A stretch of DNA of 40,172 nt. Origin: a bacterium (GTDB lineage: Bacteria > JADJOY01). The translations under genes and the position numbers were made by a program. The first letter of the stretch is position 1. Every line of letters starts with the position of its first letter. This document shows positions 1 to 9,254 of the stretch, in pieces. The stretch is from assembly GCA_046331705.1 (NCBI GenBank), contig JAXLQJ010000065.1:1-40172 (forward strand), given 5' to 3'. Below the pieces are notes generated by a model that did no database searches, was not told the origin of the DNA, and saw nothing but the letters and a program-made list of their open reading frames with translations.

Positions 1-444
1 CTTGAGGCGCTCCGTGGGATGAAGCGGGATCAAGTTCTCGAAGATGATCTTCTCGCGTGCTTCCTCGGGGTCCTCGTGGTTGATCGAGTCGACCTTGAGC
101 AGCGCGAAATAGCGCTCGCCGTCCTTGGGCGGGCGAATCTGGCCCGTGATGGTGTCGCCGGTCGAGAGATTGAAACGGCGGATCTGCGACGGCGAGACGT
201 AGATGTCGTCGGGGCCGGGCAGGTAGCTGTAATCGGGGCTGCGGAGGAAGCCGTAGCCGTCCGGCAACGTCTCGAGGACACCCTCGGCGTAGATGTGGCC
301 GCTGCGCTGCGCTTGCGCCTGCAGCAACGCGAAGATCAGATCCTGCTTGCGCAGGCCCGCGGCGTTTTCGACTTCGAGCTCTTTGGCGAGGGTCGCCAGA
401 TCGTGGATGGGGCGTTCTTTCAGATCCTTGAGGTTGAGGTGCAT
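1..444 (-). CDS. rho: Transcription termination factor Rho (N-terminal 148 aa; runs off the window start)
   Basis: Manual translation of the minus strand gives MHLNLKDLKERPIHDL...LRKQDLIFALL...EGVLETLPDGYGFLRSPDYSYLPGPDDIYVSPSQIRRFNL...GQIRPPKDGERYFALLKV, the Rho RNA-binding domain. GAGGG lies upstream of the ATG. Absent from the ORF track because it is truncated. Confidence 0.97.
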   Translation of the reverse strand, partial: MHLNLKDLKERPIHDLATLAKELEVENAAGLRKQDLIFALLQAQAQRSGHIYAEGVLETLPDGYGFLRSPDYSYLPGPDDIYVSPSQIRRFNLSTGDTITGQIRPPKDGERYFALLKVDSINHEDPEEAREKIIFENLIPLHPTERLK

Positions 445-773
445 TGCGCCCTCGGGGATGCGATCGTCCGGCCGGACGTCGCGCCGCGCTGAGAAGGGTG
501 GGTTGGGTTCGAGTCGGGCGCGAATCGAGCGCGACGGGTTGTCGCGTGATTCGTCACTTCAGGTGCGCGTGGCCGAGACGAGCGCCGCGCGCGGTGTGGG
601 CTGATGGACGAATGGGTTTCCGCCGAGCTGTCGTTGCGTGGGACGGGTGGCCGAGGGTCGGGCTCGTCAGCTCACGGTGCGTGTCGCGCCGTGCTGCCGA
701 GCGAGAAACGATGGGTGACGAACCGTGCGTTTCGAGTCGGACGACTTGCGGATGGATCTGCGATGGGGCGCGA

Positions 774-803
774 AAACTAGCCCGGTGGTCGCGCGAGTGT
801 CAA
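774..803 (-). promoter_or_regulatory. sigma70-type promoter for rho
   Basis: TTGACA-N18-TAGTTT on the minus strand, about 330 nt upstream of the rho ATG. Confidence 0.65.
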
Positions 804-891
804 CCGAAGACCTCGGCAATTCTTCGCGATTCCGCAGACCTGGCGCCATGGCGTCGAGCACGTCCGGCGCGGGTCGGGCGCGGGTCGGGTT

Positions 892-921
892 TTGACCGGC
901 GGCGCGACGCTCGGCTATCGT
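892..921 (+). promoter_or_regulatory. sigma70-type promoter for rluD-pgeF
   Basis: TTGACC-N18-TATCGT, divergent from the rho promoter. Confidence 0.5.
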
Positions 922-1030
922 GCCGCCGCGTCCAGTCGGCGCGCGAGGTGCCGCGCCGTGTTCGCTCCCGCCGGTCGCGCCCTTCGGCGCGCGCTTCGAT
1001 CATCGCCGGCCCCTCCCAGACTCTTCACTC

Positions 1031-2008
1031 GTGACCGGCACGCAACGATTCGTGGTGACGCCGAGTGACGAAGGCGTTCGCCTCGACGTCTTCCTGACCG
1101 CGCGCCTCGCGGGCATCACTCGCTCGCAGCTGCGCCAGTGGATCGGCGCGGGATGCGTGAGCGTCGCGGGCCGCGAGCTGAAGGCTGGCCTGGCGCTGCG
1201 CGCCGGTGACCAGGTGAGCGTGGAGGCGCCGGTGGTGACACCGAGCGCGCTCGCGCCGGTCGATCTGCCGCTCGAGCTGGTCTATCAGGACGAGGCCATC
1301 GCCGTGGTCGTGAAACCGGCGGGATTGGCGGTTCATCCGGCGCCGGGCTGGACCGGACCGACCTTGGTGCACGTGCTGCTCGCGCGCCTGTCGGGCTTGT
1401 CGGGCGTGGGCGGCGTCGAACGACCCGGCATCGTGCATCGGCTCGACAAGGACACCACCGGGCTGATGGTGGTCGCCAAGACCGACCATGCGCACGAGCA
1501 GCTCCGGCGGCAATTCCACGATCGCGACGTGGAGAAGGTGTACCTGGCGCTGGTGCTCGGCAGACCGAGCGCGCCCGAAGGGCTCATCGACGCGCCCATC
1601 GGCCGTCATCCGACCGATCGCAAGCGCATGAGCAGCACCGCGCGCCGCGGCCGTCCCGCGCGCACCCGCTGGCGACGTCTCGAGGATCTGGGGCCGGCGG
1701 CGCTGCTCGAGGTTCGTCTCGAGACGGGACGAACGCACCAGATCCGCGCGCACTTGAGCGAGGCCGGCCATCCGATCGTCGGCGACGCGACCTACGGCTT
1801 CGAGGCGCGCGTGCGCGGCGTGGTCGATCCGGTCGCGCGGCGGATCCTCGCGCGGGCGACGCGCCCCATGCTGCACGCGTTTCGCCTGGCGTTTCGTCAT
1901 CCCCTCGACCAGCGCCCGCTCAGCTTCGAGGCGCCGTGGCCGACGGATCTGACCGAGCTGGTGGCCGAGCTGCGGCGCGCGAGCCAGCGCGGCCACGCCA
2001 AGCGATGA
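1031..2008 (+). CDS. rluD: RluA-family 23S rRNA pseudouridine synthase (RluD)
   Basis: N-terminal S4 domain (RLDVFL...TRSQL), KPAGLAVHP, GIVHRLDKDTTG with catalytic Asp, TGRTHQIRAH, HPIVGD. GTG 1031 start inferred. Adjacent to pgeF as in many bacteria. Confidence 0.92.
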   Translation: MTGTQRFVVTPSDEGVRLDVFLTARLAGITRSQLRQWIGAGCVSVAGRELKAGLALRAGDQVSVEAPVVTPSALAPVDLPLELVYQDEAIAVVVKPAGLAVHPAPGWTGPTLVHVLLARLSGLSGVGGVERPGIVHRLDKDTTGLMVVAKTDHAHEQLRRQFHDRDVEKVYLALVLGRPSAPEGLIDAPIGRHPTDRKRMSSTARRGRPARTRWRRLEDLGPAALLEVRLETGRTHQIRAHLSEAGHPIVGDATYGFEARVRGVVDPVARRILARATRPMLHAFRLAFRHPLDQRPLSFEAPWPTDLTELVAELRRASQRGHAKR

Positions 2009-2054
2009 ACGGGATCGTTTCCGAACGCCGGTCGCACGCGGCATCCTCGCGACC

Positions 2055-2879
2055 ATGACCGCACCGCTGGTTCTCTTCGCGCGCAATCTCGCTGGGCTGC
2101 CCGGCGTGCGTCACGGTTTCTCGACGCGCGTGGCGAACGATCCGGCGAGCGCCGAGCCCTTCGATCTGCGGCTTCGGCCCGAGCATCCCGCGCGCTCCCA
2201 GCGGATGCGCGAGCGCTTCCTCGAGGCGGTGGGCCTCGAAGGCGCCGCGCTCGTGACCCTCGGGCAGACCCACGAGGACCGCATCTACGACGTCGCGGAC
2301 GATCGACCGCTGCCCACCGAACCGCCGCAGGGCTTCGACGCGGTGGTCACGGCGCGCGCCGACGTGGCCGTCGCGATCGGCACCGCGGATTGCTTGCCGA
2401 TCCTGCTCGCCGACGTCCACGGCCGCGCGGTGGGGGCGGTGCACGCCGGCTGGCGCAGTGCGGCGCTCGGTCTGCCGGCGCTCACCGTGCGGCGCCTGAT
2501 CGACGGATTCGACGTGAAGACCCGCGAGCTGCGCGCGGCGCTCGGACCGTCGATCGGCTCGTGTTGCTTCGAGGTGGGAGAAGAGGTGGTCGAGGGCTTG
2601 GCCGCGCGGATCCCGGAACCCGCGCAGTGGGTGGTGCGAGCCCCGGGGCGCAAGCCGCACGTGGATCTCGCGCGGGCGTGCACGCTGGCGCTGATCGAGG
2701 CCGGGCTCGCGCCCGAGGCCATCGAGTGCGTGCCCGGTTGCACGCGCTGCGATGCGCGCCGCTTCTTCTCCTTCCGGCGCGAGGGAGCGGCGACCGGACG
2801 TCAGCTCGCGGTGGTGGGCTTGGGCTGCGGAGGATCCGCGACCAGTCCGCTCGCGAGCGCCTCGAGCACCAGCGCGTAG
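2055..2879 (+). CDS. pgeF: PgeF/YfiH (laccase-like) peptidoglycan editing factor / purine nucleoside enzyme
   Basis: HGFSTR, QTH, TADCLPIL, HAGWR, GPSIGSCCFEVG and FFSFRR motifs. Confidence 0.92.
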   Translation: MTAPLVLFARNLAGLPGVRHGFSTRVANDPASAEPFDLRLRPEHPARSQRMRERFLEAVGLEGAALVTLGQTHEDRIYDVADDRPLPTEPPQGFDAVVTARADVAVAIGTADCLPILLADVHGRAVGAVHAGWRSAALGLPALTVRRLIDGFDVKTRELRAALGPSIGSCCFEVGEEVVEGLAARIPEPAQWVVRAPGRKPHVDLARACTLALIEAGLAPEAIECVPGCTRCDARRFFSFRREGAATGRQLAVVGLGCGGSATSPLASASSTSA

Positions 2880-3784
2880 GGACTCTCGTCGCCGCGCTCG
2901 ACGCGCGCGGCGAGCGCGTGGAAGGCGGGGCTCGCGAGCGCCGCCTCGGCGCGCTGGCGCACCTGGTCGGCGATGAGATCCAGGATCTCGCCGCGGCGGT
3001 GCAGGGCCGCGTGCGGCGAGCCGTGGCTGGCGCGCCACGCGCGATGGGCGTCGATCGCTCGTTCGAGATCGGTGATGCCCGCGTTCTCCTGGGCGCGGGT
3101 CACCAGCACCGGCACCTGCCAGCCGTCGGCGCGCTGGTTGAGCGCCACCGCGGCGCTGAGCTCGGCGGCCCGCTGCGCCGCACCGGGGCGGTCGCCCTTG
3201 TTCACCACGAACACGTCCGCGACCTCCATGAGGCCGGCCTTCATCGCCTGGATGATGTCGCCTGCTTCCGGTACCAGCACCACCACGGTGGTGTGGGCGA
3301 TGCGCACCACGTCGAGCTCGGTCTGCCCGACTCCGACCGTCTCGATGAGCACCCAATCCTTGCCGAACGCGTCGAGCACTTCCACCAGCGCCCGCGCCGA
3401 GCGCATCAGTCCGCCACGGCTGCCGCGCGTGCCGACGCTGCGGATGAACACGCCGCGGTCCTCGGAATGGCGCTGCATGCGGATGCGATCCGCGAGGATC
3501 GCGCCCTCCGTGAAGGGGCTCGACGGATCGACCGCGAGGATGCCGACGGTCTGGTCGCGCTGGCGCAAGACGGACGTGAACCGATCCACGAGCGTCGACT
3601 TGCCCGCTCCCGGCGGCCCGGTGAAGCCGACGGTCGCGGCGTGGCCGGTGGAGCCGTGCAGTTGCGCCAGGAAGCGGACCCGTTCCGGAGTCAGCGTCTC
3701 GACCCACGAGAGCAGCTTGGCGAGCGCGCGCACGTCTCCCCCGCGCAGCTTCTCGAGCAGCAGGTTCGCTTGCGCTTGGTTCAC
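2801..3784 (-). CDS. meaB: MeaB/ArgK-family GTPase (methylmalonyl-CoA mutase chaperone)
   Basis: GPPGAGKST, AVDPSSPF, DRIRM, IETVGVGQTE, QAMKAGLME and NKGD motifs. Confidence 0.92.
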   Translation of the reverse strand: MNQAQANLLLEKLRGGDVRALAKLLSWVETLTPERVRFLAQLHGSTGHAATVGFTGPPGAGKSTLVDRFTSVLRQRDQTVGILAVDPSSPFTEGAILADRIRMQRHSEDRGVFIRSVGTRGSRGGLMRSARALVEVLDAFGKDWVLIETVGVGQTELDVVRIAHTTVVVLVPEAGDIIQAMKAGLMEVADVFVVNKGDRPGAAQRAAELSAAVALNQRADGWQVPVLVTRAQENAGITDLERAIDAHRAWRASHGSPHAALHRRGEILDLIADQVRQRAEAALASPAFHALAARVERGDESPYALVLEALASGLVADPPQPKPTTAS

Positions 3785-3801
3785 GCGCGGACGCTCCGCT
3801 C

Positions 3802-4296
3802 CTACAAGCCGTCGGCGTTGGCGACGCCCGAGCTCGCGGCCACTTTCCAGTCCTTGCTGATCGCGCCGGTCTTGACGAGCTCGAGCGTGATCGGCGTCTT
3901 GCGGCCGGGCTGGCCGACGAAGTAGGAGGGGCCGTTGCCGCAGTCGCGGCTACCGGTGGCATCGAAGCTCACGGTCGCCTTGGCGCCCGCCACCTTGACG
4001 CGCAGGTGGTCGAGGTCGATGTCCGCCTGGAGCGTGCAGCGCTCGGAGAAGATCCGGCTGCGGTGGATCTCGAGGAGCGCGCCGTAGTTGAGCATGCCCG
4101 AGCGGTCCTGGTAGTCGTGGGTGAAGAATCCCATGAACTGGGCGAGGTCCTTGGCCTCCCAGGCGGCCTTGCCCGCGAGCAAGCGGGCGCGGATCGCGTC
4201 CTCCTCGGAGCTGCGGCCTCCCGAGATCATCCACCACCCGGCGAGCACCGCCACCACCAGCGGCACGCCCACGCGCAGCCAACGATTGTCGCTCAT
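3802..4296 (-). CDS. Membrane-anchored hypothetical protein, possible NTF2/SnoaL-like fold
   Basis: GGAGGA RBS before ATG 4296. N-terminal hydrophobic helix. Pattern EEDAIRARL...AWEAKDLAQFMGFFTHDY...ATVSF...WKV. The rest of the 695-aa track ORF upstream is off-frame over ribF. Confidence 0.7.
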   Translation of the reverse strand: MSDNRWLRVGVPLVVAVLAGWWMISGGRSSEEDAIRARLLAGKAAWEAKDLAQFMGFFTHDYQDRSGMLNYGALLEIHRSRIFSERCTLQADIDLDHLRVKVAGAKATVSFDATGSRDCGNGPSYFVGQPGRKTPITLELVKTGAISKDWKVAASSGVANADGL

Positions 4297-4340
4297 CGCG
4301 AATCCTCCCGGGCTCGTCGCGCTCGATCGATCACCGCGGC

Positions 4341-5294
4341 TCAGGGTTCCGCGAGCGAGGGTGTCGTGCCCGCGCTGGCGAGGAGCGCGCGGGCGCGCTC
4401 GACGTCGTTGCGGATCTGATCGGTGAGCTCGGCGACGCCGCCGAACTTGCGCTCGTCGCGGATGCGATCCACGAAGCGCACGCCGATCGCCTGGCCGTAG
4501 AGGTCGCCGTCGAAGTCGAGGAGGTGCGCTTCGACGGAGAGCGTCTCGCCGCCGAAGGTCGGCGCCACACCCACGTTCGCCACCCCCGGAACGATCGCCT
4601 CGCCGATCTCCACCCACACCGCGTACACGCCGGCCTTGGGCAGCAGCTCGTCGGGCGGCGCCAGGTTGGCGGTGGGGAATCCGAGCACGCGACCGCGCTT
4701 GTTGCCCGACACCACGTGCCCTTGGGCGAGGAAGTAGCGCCCCAGCAGCTCGCTCGCGAGCCGCACGTCGCCGGCCTTGAGCAGCCGACGGATTCGCGTG
4801 CTGCTGACCACGTCGCCCTTCCACTGGAACGCCGGGAACACCTCCGCCTCGAGCCCGAAGCGCGGCGCTTCGTCCTGCATGTACTGGGGTGTCCCGCGGC
4901 ACGCGCGGCCGAAGCAGAAGTCGTAGCCGATGATGACCTTGGTGGCGCCGAGCTGCTCGAGCAGCACCGAGCGGATGAAGACCTCGGGTTCCAGGGCCGC
5001 GAACTCGCGGGTGAAGTGCTCGCAGATCAGCAGGTCCATGCCGCAGTCGCGGATGAGCCGTACGCGCTTGGGCAGCGCGGTGAGGATCTCGGGTGCCTTG
5101 TCGGGGCGCAGCACTTGCTGGGGATGCGGATCGAAGGTGTAGACGACCGCGGGCGCGCCGAAGCGCGCCGCTTCCGAGCGCACCCGCGCGAAGAGCTGCT
5201 GATGACCGCGATGGACGCCATCGAAGTTGCCGACGGTCACCACCGAGCGCTCGATGCGTCGCCCGGATCGTCCCAGGTCGCGGATCACCTCCAC
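4341..5294 (-). CDS. ribF: Bifunctional riboflavin kinase / FAD synthetase
   Basis: GNFDGVHRGH, FDPHP, GYDFCFG, SSTRIR, GFPTAN, VEAHLLDF and IRDERKF motifs. GAGGAG RBS before GTG 5294. Confidence 0.96.
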   Translation of the reverse strand: MEVIRDLGRSGRRIERSVVTVGNFDGVHRGHQQLFARVRSEAARFGAPAVVYTFDPHPQQVLRPDKAPEILTALPKRVRLIRDCGMDLLICEHFTREFAALEPEVFIRSVLLEQLGATKVIIGYDFCFGRACRGTPQYMQDEAPRFGLEAEVFPAFQWKGDVVSSTRIRRLLKAGDVRLASELLGRYFLAQGHVVSGNKRGRVLGFPTANLAPPDELLPKAGVYAVWVEIGEAIVPGVANVGVAPTFGGETLSVEAHLLDFDGDLYGQAIGVRFVDRIRDERKFGGVAELTDQIRNDVERARALLASAGTTPSLAEP

Positions 5295-5659
5295 GGGAAG
5301 CGCTCCTCGTTCGCTCGCGGCGGGGAATCTCGACGGCGGCCGGGTCGCCGACGACCGGTCGTCCGGTCGGCGACGTCGCGCGCCGGCCGTTTCGCGCGCG
5401 CAGTCTACCGCCTGCCCGAAGCTTGAGAAGTGGCGTGACACCGTCGGGCGGGACGGGCGGATCGGTTTCGCGCGAACGCGCTGTGCTTGCACGCGGGCTG
5501 CACCGCGGGCTCGCACGCTGGGGCGAGCTGCACTCGTGAGCAATTGGCTGAATCCCGGGGCCTCGGTAGCCTCTGCTCGCCCCGCGCTCCCGAGGCTCGC
5601 CGCCCATGCCGTCGCCACTCGCCGCCACCGCTCGCACCCGCGCTGCGGGCGCGCGCGCG

Positions 5660-6901
5660 GTGTGGCCGGGACGGGTGCTCTTCAAGGCCATCGCGCGCGA
5701 GTCGGCCGAGCCGATGGCGCTCGGCTTCTTCCTCTTCTGCTTCACGTTCCTGGCGCGCCAGCTGCTGCGGATGATGGAGTTCGCCGTCAACAAAGGCGTC
5801 GGCGTCGGCGATCTCGGCAAGCTGGTGTTGGGCATCGCGGTGCCGTTCGCGGGGCTCACGCTGCCGATGGCGCTCTTGCTCGGGATCATGGTCGGGTTCA
5901 GCCGGCTCTCGTCGGACCACGAGATCGTGGCGATGAAAGCCTCGGGCGTGAGCCCGGCGCAGATGTTCGGCCCCGCGTTGGCGCTGGCGACGGCGGCGTG
6001 GCTCGCGTGCGCCGCGTTGATGGTGTTCGGCTATCCGTGGGGATTTCGCACCGCGCGGGAGACCTTCATCGAGATCGCCCGCACCAACGCGACCGTCGGC
6101 ATCCAGGAACGTGTGTTCCTCACCGAGTTCGACGACGTCGTGATCTACGCCGAGAAGGTTCCGGTCCGCGGCCAGAGCCTCGAGGGGCTCTTGATCTTCG
6201 ACGCCCGCGACAAGGACCGGCCACAGACGATCTTCGCCAAGCGCGGCTCCATCCGCTCGAACGAGCAGGCGTTCACCGTGGACATCGAGCTCGAGGACGG
6301 CGAGGTGCAGATCCTCGACGGCGATCGCAATCGCCTGCAACGCATCCACTTCGAGGCGTACGCGCTGAGCCTCGACCTCAACGCACGGGTGATGGGCAAC
6401 CTGCCCACCCGCGACCCCAAGGAGATGAGCCTGGGCGAGCTTCGCGCCGAGGTCGACAAGCAGCGTGCGACGCCGGGCGGCGATTGGGTGCGCCCGCTGC
6501 TCGAGCTCCATCGCCGCTTCGCGATCCCCTTCGCCTGCTTGGTGTTGCCGCTCGCCGGCATCCCGCTGGGCATCCAGCCGCAGCGCTCCGGGAGAGTGTG
6601 GGGCTTCGGTCTCTCGTTGCTCCTGATCGGCTTCTACTACGGCGGAATGGTGGTCGGGGAAGCGCTCGCCAAGCGCAATCTGGTGGAGGGCGGCGCGGGG
6701 ATGCCGGTGTGGGCGGCGGCGTGGCTGCCGAACGCGTTGCTGGGGATCGCGGGCGCGACGCTCACCTGGCAGACGATCCACGAGCGGCCCATCGGTGCGC
6801 TGCGCTGGCTGCAGGATCGCGCCGGCGACGTGCGCGAGCGGGTCGTTCGGCTGATCGCTCGCGCCCGTACCGACGAGCAGGACCGGCGGGCTCGTTCGTA
6901 G
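5660..6901 (+). CDS. lptF: LptF/LptG-family LPS export permease (LptF-like)
   Basis: LPMALLLG...RLSSDHEIVAMKASGVS, a periplasmic beta region (IFAKRG), ELHRRFAIPFACL and WLPN. Start uncertain (GTG 5660 vs ATG 5606). Confidence 0.85.
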   Translation: MWPGRVLFKAIARESAEPMALGFFLFCFTFLARQLLRMMEFAVNKGVGVGDLGKLVLGIAVPFAGLTLPMALLLGIMVGFSRLSSDHEIVAMKASGVSPAQMFGPALALATAAWLACAALMVFGYPWGFRTARETFIEIARTNATVGIQERVFLTEFDDVVIYAEKVPVRGQSLEGLLIFDARDKDRPQTIFAKRGSIRSNEQAFTVDIELEDGEVQILDGDRNRLQRIHFEAYALSLDLNARVMGNLPTRDPKEMSLGELRAEVDKQRATPGGDWVRPLLELHRRFAIPFACLVLPLAGIPLGIQPQRSGRVWGFGLSLLLIGFYYGGMVVGEALAKRNLVEGGAGMPVWAAAWLPNALLGIAGATLTWQTIHERPIGALRWLQDRAGDVRERVVRLIARARTDEQDRRARS

Positions 6902-6940
6902 CCACCCGCATCCGGGCGCGCTCCGCGACGCTGCTCGGGC

Positions 6941-8437
6941 TCAGATGGGCTCGAGGGCGGACGCTCGCTGTGCCACCGGCTCGGGCTCACGGCGCCCGTC
7001 CCAGAGCAGACGCCACGCGGTGTAGCCGTAGCCGAAGCACAGCATCGAGACGAAGGGCAGCGCGAGCCACGTGCCCGTGACGACCGCCAGCGCGACGGAG
7101 ACGGCCGAGCTCACCGCGAGCGCCAGCTCGACCCACGGCACGCGCTCGCGAACCCGGTAGGCCGCCTGTCGCCAGCGGCCCGCGCTGGCTCCGTATTTCG
7201 GCGTGCGCTCGAACGCGGCTCGCTCGCCCGCGAGGCCGCGTAGCACGGCCGCGGCGTTGGAGAGCGCGAGTGCCGAGCCGAGGCCCATCGCCAGCGGTAC
7301 CTCGAAGAGGCGGCGCCAGCCGCCCCGGTCCAAGCCCACGAGGGCGGTGCCGTAGAACACCAGCATCGCGCCGATGCCCCAGGTGAAGAGCGGCACGTCC
7401 CACGCCGCGGAAACCGCCGCCGGCGCGTCGGCGCGACACGCGAGCGCGGGCGCGATGAGCACGCTCGCGACGGCCATCAGCAGGTAGGCGAGATTCCCGC
7501 CGAGGTGCGCCAGCGCCTCGAGCTTGACGAGCAGCGGCAGCTCGGCGCGCCACAGGCGTCCCGCGAGCTTCCGAACCGTCTGCGCCGAGCCCATGGCCCA
7601 GCGGCGTTGCTGCGCGCGGAAGGCCCCCATCTCGACCGGCAGCTCGCCCGGCACGGTCACGAACGGGAGATAGACGAACCGCCAGCCGGCGAGCTGGGCG
7701 CGGTAGGAGAGATCGAGATCCTCGGTGAGCGTGTCGTGCTGCCAGCCCCCGGCTTCCTCGATCGCGGCACGGCGCCACGCACCCGCCGTGCCGTTGAAGT
7801 TGAAGAAGCACCCGGCGGCGAAGCGCGCCGTGTGCTCGATCACGAAGTGCCCGTCGAGCAGCGTCGCTTGCAGCCGCGTGAGCAGCGAGGCGTCACGATT
7901 CGCGTGGCTCCAACGCGCTTGCACCATACCCACGCGCGGGTCGGCGAACGGCACCAGCAAGCGCCGCAGCAAGTCGGGCGGCGGCACGAAGTCGGCATCG
8001 AAGATCGCGAAGATCTCGCCGTGCGCCCGCGCCATGCCGTGCGCCAAGGCGCCCGCCTTGTATCCGGCGCGCGAGCCGCGCTCGACGTGCTCGATCGCGT
8101 GGCCCGCGGCGCGGAGCTCGGCCACCAGCCGCGCGACGATGGCGCGGGTCTCGTCGGTCGAGTCGTCGAGCACCTGGATCTCGAGCCGATCGCGCGGGTA
8201 GTCGAGCGCCGCCGCGGCGCGGATCGCCCGCTCCACCACGTAACGCTCGTCGTAGATCGGAAGCTGGACGGTGACTCGGGGCAGCGGCCCTGCGGCGAGC
8301 GACGTCGCCACCGGGCGCAGCCGGCCCCGCGAGCGCAGGAAGCGCGCGGTGAGCTGGAGCCGATGGAGTCCGAACGGCACCAGCGCCGCGAGCGCGACGC
8401 TCACGACGGCGCCGAGAACGGAGCATGGGTCGATCAC
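6941..8437 (-). CDS. Membrane GT2 glycosyltransferase (cellulose synthase-like)
   Basis: VQLPIYDE, LDDSTD, KAGAL, FDADF, TEDLD and QQRRW (D,D,D,QxxRW), plus C-terminal TM helices. The GTG start overlaps the mobA stop (GTGA). Confidence 0.9.
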   Translation of the reverse strand: MIDPCSVLGAVVSVALAALVPFGLHRLQLTARFLRSRGRLRPVATSLAAGPLPRVTVQLPIYDERYVVERAIRAAAALDYPRDRLEIQVLDDSTDETRAIVARLVAELRAAGHAIEHVERGSRAGYKAGALAHGMARAHGEIFAIFDADFVPPPDLLRRLLVPFADPRVGMVQARWSHANRDASLLTRLQATLLDGHFVIEHTARFAAGCFFNFNGTAGAWRRAAIEEAGGWQHDTLTEDLDLSYRAQLAGWRFVYLPFVTVPGELPVEMGAFRAQQRRWAMGSAQTVRKLAGRLWRAELPLLVKLEALAHLGGNLAYLLMAVASVLIAPALACRADAPAAVSAAWDVPLFTWGIGAMLVFYGTALVGLDRGGWRRLFEVPLAMGLGSALALSNAAAVLRGLAGERAAFERTPKYGASAGRWRQAAYRVRERVPWVELALAVSSAVSVALAVVTGTWLALPFVSMLCFGYGYTAWRLLWDGRREPEPVAQRASALEPI

Positions 8438-9063
8438 GGGTCCAGCTCCGCGGAGAGCTGCACGAGATCCTCGGGAGTGTTGACGTTCGCGAAGCTCTCG
8501 AGGGTGGGGTCGAGCTCGCGGAGCTCGTCTTCGGCGACCCACCGCACGCGGACCGCCGCGAGCAGATCCTTGAGCCCACGCGGGCCGCTGGCGAGCACGT
8601 CTCGCGCCACGGGCGCGACACGCACCGCGTAGAGCGCCGCGAGCGTCTGCCGGCGCTCACCGACGATCGGAACCACCGCATCGACGCCGGCGCTCTTCGC
8701 CATCAGCGCGCCGATCAGCTCGGGCCGGATGCGCGGCATGTCGCAGCCGGCCAGGAACACCCACGGTTTCGGCGCGTGGGCAAGCGCGGTCACGAGGCCG
8801 CCCAGCGGTCCGCGCGCGCCACCATCGTCGGCGACGGCCGTCACGCCGAGCGCCGCGAGCCGCTCGGGCGCCGGGTCGATGGCGAAGACCGGATCGCAGG
8901 CACGCGCCAGCCGCTCGATCACCCACGCCGCCATCGAGCGACCGTCGGCCATCGCGAGCAGCGCCTTGTCGCGTCCCATGCGGCGGCTTCGCCCGCCGGT
9001 CAGCACCACCCCACACGGCACCAGCGGGCTCGAGGGAGCGAGGGATGGATCGAGGTCGGGCAT
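8434..9063 (-). CDS. mobA: Molybdenum cofactor guanylyltransferase
   Basis: LTGGRSRRMGRDKA, GPLGG, CDMP and NVNTPED motifs. Alternative start at 9078. Confidence 0.92.
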   Translation of the reverse strand: MPDLDPSLAPSSPLVPCGVVLTGGRSRRMGRDKALLAMADGRSMAAWVIERLARACDPVFAIDPAPERLAALGVTAVADDGGARGPLGGLVTALAHAPKPWVFLAGCDMPRIRPELIGALMAKSAGVDAVVPIVGERRQTLAALYAVRVAPVARDVLASGPRGLKDLLAAVRVRWVAEDELRELDPTLESFANVNTPEDLVQLSAELDP

Positions 9064-9254
9064 GGGCGGCGCGCGCATCGCGACGGGGCACGGACGAGCC
9101 GAAGCCGAGCCCGAATCGAATTCGTTGGCAACCCCCGCGCGCGACGGGTGCGCCAGGACCGTTTATCAAGCGCGGAGCGTCGTGCCATCCTGCGACCTCA
9201 CCCGGCGCCAGGGCGCCAGGAGCGTGTGCCCGCATCGCGCGGGCTGGAATCCCG

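Noticed and set aside
19-492. 157-aa plus-strand ORF
   Set aside because: Antisense shadow of rho, which is unambiguous on the minus strand
5295-5480. FMN riboswitch upstream of ribF
   Set aside because: Only a GC-rich inverted repeat (GTCGCCGAC/GTCGGCGAC) is present, with no RFN consensus segments
4297-5889. Upstream part of the 695-aa minus-strand ORF
   Set aside because: Off-frame over ribF. Only the last 164 aa have an RBS and protein-like composition.
9125-9190. sigma54 sites between mobA and ntrB
   Set aside because: TGGCAAC (plus) and TGGCACG (minus) lack a properly spaced TTGC -12 element
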